A stretch of 40,353 nt of DNA, taken from the IMG/VR virus record IMGVR_UViG_3300021387_000033, positions 1 through 40,353 of that record. The stretch is one strand, 5' to 3'. The position numbers were made by a program, and so were the translations under genes. Under the pieces are notes generated by a model. It was not told the origin of the DNA. It saw only the letters and a list, made by a program, of their open reading frames with translations, and ran no database searches. Source of the stretch: a virus. Of this stretch, positions 27,519 through 34,113 are shown piece after piece. Numbering within the stretch: position 1 is the first letter of the stretch; every line of letters begins with the position of its first letter.

Positions 27519-27525
27519 TCCTTTT
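27497..27525. terminator. Bidirectional terminator at the convergence of the late and early blocks
   Basis: AAAAGGACTAG-AAGATAT-CTAGTCCTTTT, an 11-bp stem with A/T runs on both sides. The stop codons of both convergent genes lie within it. Confidence 0.75.
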
Positions 27526-27821
27526 ATATATTTAAAAATTTCTCTAAATTCTTCAATAGAATGATTTTTTAAATAAGCATCTAAGCCTATTTTCATCCAT
27601 TTTAATTGCATATTTCTATCGTTATGGTATTTCTTATGACATTTTCTACAAAGTGGTATACAAAGACCGTTTTTTATTGAATTTAGTCTATTACGTCCCA
27701 TAAATATTTCGTTTATATCAGATGCTTTGTTAGGACATTCTATACAATTATTTAAGTCTTCGGTAATAATTGAATATCTATTTTTTTCCAGATTCTTTAA
27801 CTTCGCTGATTTTGCTCTCAT
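27504..27821 (-). CDS. Cys-rich zinc-binding protein (105 aa), HNH/NinG-like?
   Basis: CIECPN...EIFMGRNR...LCRKCHKKYHND. Confidence 0.4.
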   Translation of the reverse strand: MRAKSAKLKNLEKNRYSIITEDLNNCIECPNKASDINEIFMGRNRLNSIKNGLCIPLCRKCHKKYHNDRNMQLKWMKIGLDAYLKNHSIEEFREIFKYIKGLDIF

Positions 27822-28224
27822 TATTTTTAAAATGCCTATCGTATTTTACTCTACTACTTCCGTATCCGTAATGTAAGTATTCATCAATAGCATCCCATTT
27901 CCAATGAAGTTCATTTCTTAAAAATTCAATAATAAGTAAATCATCGTAATTTTTAAGACGTTTAAATTCTTTAGTAAAGTATTCTATCCAATTATAATAA
28001 CTATCTCTTAATTCTTCTATTTCGTCGTCTAATTGCTCGTCTTTAATCATATAAAGAGCAAATGTATCAACAAAATTGTGAGAAGAATCAACAATAGCTT
28101 CTTTTAATCTTGGGCTTCCTGGTTGTGTACGTTCAAAGTTGATTTGCTTCTGATTAAGTAAATAATTTAACCTATTTTCAATTTTAACAATTGTATTTCT
28201 TATTTCTTTTAAATCAGGTATCAT
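27778..28224 (-). CDS. Hypothetical protein (148 aa)
   Basis: Supplied ORF. Confidence 0.5.
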   Translation of the reverse strand: MIPDLKEIRNTIVKIENRLNYLLNQKQINFERTQPGSPRLKEAIVDSSHNFVDTFALYMIKDEQLDDEIEELRDSYYNWIEYFTKEFKRLKNYDDLLIIEFLRNELHWKWDAIDEYLHYGYGSSRVKYDRHFKNNESKISEVKESGKK

Positions 28225-28712
28225 TTATCCTCCTTAACAGTACTTATACCGTTTTCTTCACATTCTTTAATAATTCCGTCCATAAACCTTCCAAATTGAA
28301 TTGTATCCATTTTTCTAGAAGGGACGTATATTTTATAAAATGTATATTCTTTACCATTATTTCCTATTCGTTTATCAATTTCATCATAATAATCAAAATA
28401 TTTTTCAGGCTCTATTTCACTTAATAAAGATACTATATCGTAATCACTATATTCTTTAATCATATGCTCGTGTAATTCATCATTACCTAAGTTTAACTTT
28501 TTAGCTAGGTTCTTTTGTAATACCCAACTCATATCATTTTGAGATAATTTTCTTTTTCTAGTTTGTTTTGCTAAATCTACATTAATTATATCCGTATTTG
28601 CAAGTTTTTCTAGTTCGTCTACGTCGTATATATCTAGAATCTCTATTGTTATTTTAGGTCTTTTAGTTATATAGTCTCTAGATATATCTAATATCTTACC
28701 AGTAGTTTTCAT
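28221..28712 (-). CDS. Hypothetical protein (163 aa)
   Basis: Supplied ORF, with an ATGA overlap to its neighbour. Confidence 0.5.
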   Translation of the reverse strand: MKTTGKILDISRDYITKRPKITIEILDIYDVDELEKLANTDIINVDLAKQTRKRKLSQNDMSWVLQKNLAKKLNLGNDELHEHMIKEYSDYDIVSLLSEIEPEKYFDYYDEIDKRIGNNGKEYTFYKIYVPSRKMDTIQFGRFMDGIIKECEENGISTVKEDK

Positions 28713-28900
28713 TGTAAAATTATATTTTTAATTTCATAGACACTATTTCTAAGCATCTTTTTAAATTTTATAAAATGTTCTACTTGCATAGGTTCACATA
28801 TAATTATTGTTTTAGTTTTCTCGTTGTAATAAATTTCATAAATTAAATTTTCATAAACTCTTTTCAAATCTTTGTTATCCCATATAGTTATCTTCTTCAT
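28709..28900 (-). CDS. Hypothetical protein (63 aa), first gene after the RNA array
   Basis: Supplied ORF with a GGAAGG RBS. Confidence 0.55.
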   Translation of the reverse strand: MKKITIWDNKDLKRVYENLIYEIYYNEKTKTIIICEPMQVEHFIKFKKMLRNSVYEIKNIILQ

Positions 28901-28920
28901 AAAAATACCTTCCTATCTTA

Positions 28921-29046
28921 TAAAAAAACAAGGCACTTACATTACGTGCTCTACCATTCTGAGCTATTTATCATACTGATAAAGTTGGAATCGAACCAAC
29001 GACACCGAGGTTACAAGCCTAAGTATTTATTTGCTGAATGTGCCTT
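28921..29046 (-). ncRNA. tRNA-like domain B: circularly permuted tRNA-Thr(UGU)-like, closed by the stem AAGGCAC/GUGCCUU plus U7
   Basis: Minus-strand order is: anticodon arm (29022-29006, loop CUUGUAA), variable GUGUC, T arm GUUGG-UUCGAUU-CCAAC (29000-28984), acceptor hairpin UUUAUCA-GUA-UGAUAAA (28983-28967), UA, D arm GCUC-AGAAUGGUA-GAGC (28964-28948). Confidence 0.7.
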
Positions 29047-29069
29047 TATATTATTTATTTATTAAACAA

Positions 29070-29169
29070 GACTCATTATTTTAGTAATCTCTTAATCCTC
29101 TTGAGTATATGAAATTATCATAGTTGGAGTTGAACCAACGAATATTACTTAACTTTTGCTGTACGAGTC
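29070..29169 (-). ncRNA. tRNA-like domain A: YrlA-style permuted tRNA mimic without an anticodon loop
   Basis: AGUAA-UAUUC-[GUUGG UUCAACU CCAAC]-[UAUGA UAAUU UCAUA]-UA-[CUC AAGAGGAUUAA GAG]-A-UUACU, closed by an outer stem GACUC/GAGUC. Confidence 0.7.
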
Positions 29170-29261
29170 TTTAATTTATTTTCTTTTTAAACAAGGCTAT
29201 CTAATAATCCAAATTAACAGCTTGGGACAAATATTGGTTGTCAAAATAGTTGCAGTAATAG

Positions 29262-29378
29262 CCTTTATTTTAATGAATACCATAGAATAGATATAATAGA
29301 TAGCAACGTCCATAACCCACGCTATCATAAGGTTTTAAGGCTTATATATCTACTCTACGCTACCCATTAAAGGATAGC
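29262..29378 (-). ncRNA. X module copy b
   Basis: H1 is GCUAUCC-UUUAAU-GGGUAGC. H2 is GUAGAGUAGAUAUA / UAUAUCUAUUCUAU. Tail is GGUAUUC-AUUAAA, complementary to the H1 loop. Confidence 0.6.
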
Positions 29379-29419
29379 AGTAAAATAACGAACTACATTT
29401 AATTGAAGTGCAAATTCCA

Positions 29420-29600
29420 AACTAAGATGCACCACGAAATATATGTTTTGGAGATAATGGTATAAAAATGATAAATTGTGCGACAAATACCAAAACAATA
29501 AAAAACATAAATAGATAAAAACAATAATATGCATGAATACATTAATTTAATAAAATACCATTATAACATATATTTCGTGCTTCACCTTAATTGGTCAAGC
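29420..29600 (-). ncRNA. X module copy e
   Basis: H1 is GCUUGACC-AAUUAA-GGUGAAGC. H2 is ACGAAAUAUAUGUU+AUAAUGGUAU paired with AUACCAUUAU-(CUCCAA bulge)-AACAUAUAUUUCGU. Tail is GGUGCAUC-UUAGUU, complementary to the loop AAUUAA. Confidence 0.6.
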
Positions 29601-29643
29601 ACTTTCTTGTATCCTGCAAGTTAAGGATTGCAATTTCCTAGTA

Positions 29644-29776
29644 CTTTAATAAGCACCACCTAATAGATAAATAATTTAAACTATGTAATCACCACAAAAT
29701 ATAGTTCAGGAAAAATATAAATTTGCCCATTCTTTTTATTATATTTATCTACTAGGTGCTACCAATTAAGGTAGCA
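29644..29776 (-). ncRNA. X module copy a
   Basis: H1 is UGCUACC-UUAAUU-GGUAGCA. H2 is CCUAGUAGAUAAAUA / UAUUUAUCUAUUAGG. Tail is UGGUGCUU-AUUAA. Confidence 0.6.
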
Positions 29777-29800
29777 AAATATTAATTATAAAAGGTGAAC

Positions 29801-29881
29801 AAAGGACTTTCTATCTTCATTAGCAGTGAAGTGCAATTTAGTTCCCAAAACTAACGCTTTTTGTTTGCTGTATTGTCCTTT
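29801..29881 (-). ncRNA. 5' domain closed by AAAGGAC/GUCCUUU and containing an anticodon-stem-loop mimic
   Basis: CUUCA-CUGCUAA-UGAAG (29831-29815) has the canonical C32 U33 NNN A37 A38 loop format. A second hairpin is UUAGUU-UUGGG-AACUAA. Confidence 0.45.
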
Positions 29882-29904
29882 TAAGTAACTTAATTGTAAC
29901 ACTT

Positions 29905-31290
29905 TTATTCTTTATAATCAATATCTTTTTTATATTTTTCTAGAATCTTGTCAATATATGTTGTCATATCAAAGTTGTTTTCTAGTAATTTTAATATTTG
30001 TAAATTATAACCACTTAAGTAAATGTTTCCATATTCGTCAAATTCTGGAACTGTCTTATTTCTATCATTAAAATTCCACCAAATTAATTTTGTATTAGCT
30101 TCGTGTTGTTTAAAGATATTCATTAATTCTTCCTTGCTTTGACGTGAACCATAATCAAATTCCATATCACTCATTACGATTATATATTCAGGATATTTTT
30201 TTAATCCTTTTAATAAATCCATAACTTTACCAAAATCAGTATTTGAACAATCTCCAGTATACATTGAATCATATTGTTCTTTTAATGTATTACCTTTAAT
30301 TGTCATTAATTGAGGATTTGATGAGAATGATATTAATTGATTTGGTGCATAAGTAGAATGAGTAGCTAATGCGTGACATACTGACATAGCTCTTACTCCA
30401 ATATCGTTTGGATTAGAATAATCTCTTCCATAAAAACTAGAATACATTGAACCTGAAGTGTCTAAAACACAAATAGCGTTCATTTCTACTCCTAAAGTAG
30501 CATTATCTACTATTTTCTTTCCAATAATATCATTAGCTTCTGCGTTAGATTTTGTTGCTGTCTTATATGCGTCGTGTACGTTTGCAGTAGCTACATTTAC
30601 TTTAGCCTCATTATTCTTAACTTTTTCTATATATTCTTTAAATCTAGGAGAAATATCTTCTCTAGTGTTAAATGTATTTAAATATTTAGTCATTGCAAGA
30701 GAAGGTACTTCTTCGAAATCAATTTCTCCAACTAATGGGTGAACATAATTACCTTGCTTAAATAATTCATTTAATGGAGTTCCTTCTACTTCTTCAGCAT
30801 AAGATAATTTATATTCAACTGTTGAATCGGTTTTAATTAATTTTCTATATTCTTTTTCAGTTATTCCCCACATTTTACATAATGCTTTAGCAATTCTTTT
30901 ATCTTTACCAGTTAATCTAGGCATCCATTTTTTAGCTAATTCATTACCAGTTAATGAAGTTTTTAAAAATGCAATATTTTCATCAGTAGGAATATGCCAT
31001 AAATCGTCATATCTACCAGCTCTTACTACATTGTAAGGTTCTACTTCTGATAATTCCATTAACTTTCTACCTAAATCTCTTCTACCTAAACCAAATCTAG
31101 GGTCTCTAACAAACATTGAAAATAATTTTTCTTTTTCAGATTTTCCAATTTTTACTTCGTCTAAGTTCTTTTCGAAAAATGGAGTCATAAAGAATAAGTC
31201 AGTTAAATTATTTCCTGTAGTCTTATAAGCTACGTCTCCATTTTCAGTTCTTTTTGTGTTTAATATTTTTTGTAATTCATTCATTTTCAT
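29905..31290 (-). CDS. DUF2828-type TROVE/vWA-like protein (461 aa)
   Basis: N-terminal RTENGDVAYKTTGNNLTDLFF, central EVPSLAMTKYLNTF, C-terminal vWA with a MIDAS-like VLDTSGS. Family assignment is from memory of DUF2828 signatures. Confidence 0.6.
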   Translation of the reverse strand: MKMNELQKILNTKRTENGDVAYKTTGNNLTDLFFMTPFFEKNLDEVKIGKSEKEKLFSMFVRDPRFGLGRRDLGRKLMELSEVEPYNVVRAGRYDDLWHIPTDENIAFLKTSLTGNELAKKWMPRLTGKDKRIAKALCKMWGITEKEYRKLIKTDSTVEYKLSYAEEVEGTPLNELFKQGNYVHPLVGEIDFEEVPSLAMTKYLNTFNTREDISPRFKEYIEKVKNNEAKVNVATANVHDAYKTATKSNAEANDIIGKKIVDNATLGVEMNAICVLDTSGSMYSSFYGRDYSNPNDIGVRAMSVCHALATHSTYAPNQLISFSSNPQLMTIKGNTLKEQYDSMYTGDCSNTDFGKVMDLLKGLKKYPEYIIVMSDMEFDYGSRQSKEELMNIFKQHEANTKLIWWNFNDRNKTVPEFDEYGNIYLSGYNLQILKLLENNFDMTTYIDKILEKYKKDIDYKE

Positions 31291-31477
31291 TCTCTCCTTC
31301 TTTTTTTACAAATTCATCATCATATATATCTTCGTCCCATTTTCTTTCATCGTCTAATGTTTTAGGGTCTAAATTTTTATATTCCTCTTCTCTACTGCAC
31401 TTTCCTGATACAATGCAAGGTGCAATAACTAGAATAAATATTAATAAAATAGCTAATATTATTAAAAATATTTCCAT
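31277..31477 (-). CDS. Small membrane protein with an acidic tail (66 aa)
   Basis: Supplied ORF with an N-terminal TM helix. Confidence 0.55.
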   Translation of the reverse strand: MEIFLIILAILLIFILVIAPCIVSGKCSREEEYKNLDPKTLDDERKWDEDIYDDEFVKKEGENENE

Positions 31478-31815
31478 TATTTATCACAATTTACCTTATC
31501 TATTATTTCATTTACTTTATTAAATAAATCCCACACTTTATTTTCTTTTGTTAAATTACTAAAATCTAAATAATCTATGGATTCTATCTTCTTATCTTCT
31601 TTTGGTGTATCTTCTATTATTTCTACTTCATAATGTAACATATTATCTAATACTAAATCTTCACCTAATATATGGCATATTCCATAAGACCATCTTGTAT
31701 ATTGTTTAGTTAATTGATTAAATTCATATTCATAAATTGAACATTTTATTTTATTGGGTACTTCTTCACCATTTGCTATTTTATTTAATAAATCTATTAC
31801 TTTGATTTTTTTCAT
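31477..31815 (-). CDS. Paralogue family 1 member (112 aa; MKKIKVIDLLNKIAN ... EDTPKEDKKIE ... IIDKVN)
   Basis: Shares its N-terminus, central motif and C-terminus with 33239..33598 and 34114..34458. Confidence 0.65.
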   Translation of the reverse strand: MKKIKVIDLLNKIANGEEVPNKIKCSIYEYEFNQLTKQYTRWSYGICHILGEDLVLDNMLHYEVEIIEDTPKEDKKIESIDYLDFSNLTKENKVWDLFNKVNEIIDKVNCDK

Positions 31816-31816
31816 A

Positions 31817-32056
31817 TCATTTTTCTCCTTTATAATATTGTTGTACTTCTATCGGTACTAAACATTCTATATGTCTTGTATTTCCATTGTAATAACATTT
31901 ATTACTGTGCCCTGAATTATTATTAGTATCTATATAATAATAATCATTTTTTATTAAAGTAAACATTACAGTTGTTACATATAAGAATATTACTAACCAT
32001 ATAGCACTAGCCATTGATACTTTTTTATTTAAAAACTTTTCTATCTTTTTTCTCAT
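31817..32056 (-). CDS. Membrane-anchored protein (79 aa)
   Basis: Supplied ORF with a TM helix. Confidence 0.55.
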   Translation of the reverse strand: MRKKIEKFLNKKVSMASAIWLVIFLYVTTVMFTLIKNDYYYIDTNNNSGHSNKCYYNGNTRHIECLVPIEVQQYYKGEK

Positions 32057-32262
32057 ATTATTTGTTTGTCTTCCTTAATATCTAATCCTACATTTTTAAA
32101 TAATTTTTCGGCTTTTCCAGAACAATATATACAATTTCCTTCTTTATCATATAAAGTCATTCTATGGCACTTATTGCATCTATGTTTAGGGAAGCGACCA
32201 CCAATGAATCTACCTATTACTATTTCTTGATTTTTCTTTATCTTTCTAGCAAAATTACTCAT
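32053..32262 (-). CDS. Zinc-ribbon protein (69 aa)
   Basis: CNKCH...CIYC. Confidence 0.55.
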   Translation of the reverse strand: MSNFARKIKKNQEIVIGRFIGGRFPKHRCNKCHRMTLYDKEGNCIYCSGKAEKLFKNVGLDIKEDKQII

Positions 32263-32399
32263 TTTTTCCTCTTTTCTAGTTTCTTATAACCATAAAGCAT
32301 ATTATATTCGTTTCGTAGTTCTTTAATTTCTTTTTTAGTTTGTTTTATAAGTTCAGATTTTAAATAAATTAATTGTTTGATTTCTTTTTCTCTATTCAT
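32259..32399 (-). CDS. Small ORF (46 aa, MNREKEIKQL...), not in the track
   Basis: Hand translated. ATGA overlap with the downstream gene. Confidence 0.4.
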   Translation of the reverse strand: MNREKEIKQLIYLKSELIKQTKKEIKELRNEYNMLYGYKKLEKRKK

Positions 32400-32400
32400 A

Positions 32401-32523
32401 TTAACCTTTTCTATGTTTTTTATTAGTTTTACCTTTTTTAGTTCTTTCTTCTATTTGTTTAAAATGTTCTTTATATTTTCTTTCTTTTAATGGACTACTT
32501 CCACCAGTTAATCTCTTAGTCAT
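32401..32523 (-). CDS. Small basic ORF (40 aa, MTKRLTGGSS...), not in the track
   Basis: Hand translated. Its start overlaps the upstream stop. Confidence 0.35.
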   Translation of the reverse strand: MTKRLTGGSSPLKERKYKEHFKQIEERTKKGKTNKKHRKG

Positions 32524-32824
32524 TTATTTCACCTTCTTTCAATTCTTTTAGTATATCCAATACATTACTATAAATAGTATAATCACTCATATTTTTATTT
32601 TCTTTACTAAGTTTTAACCAGTATTTCAAACTTTCTTCTAATTCATTTATTATATTATTTAATCTAACATTTTGTTTTTCTAAATATTTTAATGTTTCAT
32701 CATAATCAAACTCAACATAACTTTTATCAATATCTACTTTTATAATATCTTCTTGTTCCATTCTATTGACTATTGCAACATAAGAACATATTTGTTTTAA
32801 AGTTAATGCTTCAATATTATTCAT
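32516..32824 (-). CDS. Hypothetical protein (102 aa)
   Basis: Supplied ORF. Confidence 0.55.
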   Translation of the reverse strand: MNNIEALTLKQICSYVAIVNRMEQEDIIKVDIDKSYVEFDYDETLKYLEKQNVRLNNIINELEESLKYWLKLSKENKNMSDYTIYSNVLDILKELKEGEIND

Positions 32825-33043
32825 TTATTCTTCACTTCCTAACATTTCTTTTTGTATTTTCTTAGTTTCTATTAGTAATTCTTCTAATTGTTCTACAACA
32901 TATCCTTTTTTGTATTCAAACGATACTTCTTCCATTGGACGATATAAAAAACTTATTGTACTATTTAATATAAAATGTAAATCTTTAAACTTTTCCCTCA
33001 TATCTTCAATGAATAATGTTTCTTCGCTCTTTTCTTCTATCAT
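32825..33043 (-). CDS. Hypothetical protein (72 aa)
   Basis: Supplied ORF. Confidence 0.55.
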   Translation of the reverse strand: MIEEKSEETLFIEDMREKFKDLHFILNSTISFLYRPMEEVSFEYKKGYVVEQLEELLIETKKIQKEMLGSEE

Positions 33044-33061
33044 TTATTCTTCACTTCCTAA

Positions 33062-33238
33062 CTATATAAATTTTATTGTAAATTTAATTATATTCCATAG
33101 TATTGTAAATATAACTATATCTTTTGTAATATCAAATGTTATTGTAAATGGTAGTGATAATATAATTCTAACTATTGTATCAAAATCTATATTAACAATA
33201 CCATAAAGTTCTTCTCTTAGCATATAGTAAGTTATCAT
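33062..33238 (-). CDS. Small hydrophobic ORF (58 aa, MITYYMLREE...), not in the track
   Basis: Hand translated. Its ATG directly follows the upstream TAA. Confidence 0.4.
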   Translation of the reverse strand: MITYYMLREELYGIVNIDFDTIVRIILSLPFTITFDITKDIVIFTILWNIIKFTIKFI

Positions 33239-33598
33239 TTATTCTTCACCATTTACCTTATCTATTATTTCATTTATTTTAGAACTAAATGCTATGGCAT
33301 TTTTATTAAATAATGTTGCCAACATTTCAGGTTTACAATCTTCACTTGAAGTAATTTCAACCCAATCTGATAAATCTAATTTCTCTATCTTCTTATCTTC
33401 TTTTGGTAGTTCTTCATTAAAAGATAATAGATATTCGTTTATTTTATTATAATTATCTTTTGTAATTGAATAAATACCATTAGTTGTACTTACATAATAG
33501 GAAATTCGATTATTATAACTTTCTTGATGATAAGTTCCTATAATTGTATCAGTAAATATTACTCTATCACCTAAATCTATTACTTTAATAGTTTTCAT
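33239..33598 (-). CDS. Paralogue family 1 member (119 aa)
   Basis: MKTIKVIDLGD ... LPKEDKKIEKL ... INEIIDKVNGEE. Confidence 0.65.
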   Translation of the reverse strand: MKTIKVIDLGDRVIFTDTIIGTYHQESYNNRISYYVSTTNGIYSITKDNYNKINEYLLSFNEELPKEDKKIEKLDLSDWVEITSSEDCKPEMLATLFNKNAIAFSSKINEIIDKVNGEE

Positions 33599-33614
33599 AT
33601 ATCCTCCTTTACTT

Positions 33615-33806
33615 TTAAAATAAAGTATTAAATATACTTTTTAATGTATATTTCCATTTACCATTTTTTAATTCTTTACCATTGATATATATTTTTCCAT
33701 TTATTTGGCATACATAATTTTTAAAAAATAAACTTTTTGGTGGTTCTACTTTTTTACCATTAATCCATAGTTCATTATCTTTTTGTACTACACTTTGATA
33801 ATTCAT
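33615..33806 (-). CDS. Hypothetical protein (63 aa)
   Basis: Supplied ORF. Confidence 0.5.
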   Translation of the reverse strand: MNYQSVVQKDNELWINGKKVEPPKSLFFKNYVCQINGKIYINGKELKNGKWKYTLKSIFNTLF

Positions 33807-33808
33807 AT

Positions 33809-34111
33809 CTATTCACCATTTGCCTTATCTATAATAGTATAATTACCATTTTCATATCTTATTATTTGATTTTTATTATTTATATTTTCCCAAGCAATAC
33901 ATTTTACATTTCCGTGGCTACCATTAAGTATAAAATTACCTTTAATATCACCTTCATATTCAATACAAGCACCTTTTATACTTTCTATACGTTTAGCATG
34001 ATATTCTTGTTCTAAAGATATATTAGCAATACCAATGAAACACATACTACTTATAATACCAAGAACTATTGCGGGTAATATAACAATAAGAAACTCCTTA
34101 ATTCCATTCAT
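33809..34111 (-). CDS. Membrane-anchored protein (100 aa)
   Basis: N-terminal TM helix. Confidence 0.55.
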   Translation of the reverse strand: MNGIKEFLIVILPAIVLGIISSMCFIGIANISLEQEYHAKRIESIKGACIEYEGDIKGNFILNGSHGNVKCIAWENINNKNQIIRYENGNYTIIDKANGE

Positions 34112-34113
34112 AT

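Larger units (their letters stand above)
28921..29904 (-). ncRNA. 984-nt ORF-free multi-domain structured RNA array downstream of the DUF2828/vWA gene
   Basis: No track ORF on either strand. It parses into successive stem-closed domains with GC-enriched helices and ends with a 7-bp stem plus U7. Confidence 0.65.

Noticed and set aside
28984-29024. attP core (the 3' part of a tRNA gene carried by a temperate phage)
   Set aside because: There is no integrase in the complete genome. The matching 5' half lies immediately adjacent in permuted order, and a second mimic with the same T stem lies upstream.
28921-29046. An ordinary tRNA-Thr gene on the minus strand
   Set aside because: All tRNA parts are present, but the T arm and 3' acceptor strand precede the 5' acceptor strand and D arm. 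A 3-nt loop joins the acceptor strands, so this is not a standard tRNA gene.
29262-29776. CRISPR array or simple tandem DNA repeats
   Set aside because: The copies are 100-180 nt with irregular spacing and variable interiors. The conserved parts are hairpins rather than 25-40-nt direct repeats. Two further copies lie 26 kb away on the other strand.
30458-30742. 94-aa plus-strand ORF (similar cases at 31254..31523, 32910..33206 and 28191..28424)
   Set aside because: They lie antisense to well-supported minus-strand genes, with low-complexity S/F/I/L content and no RBS.
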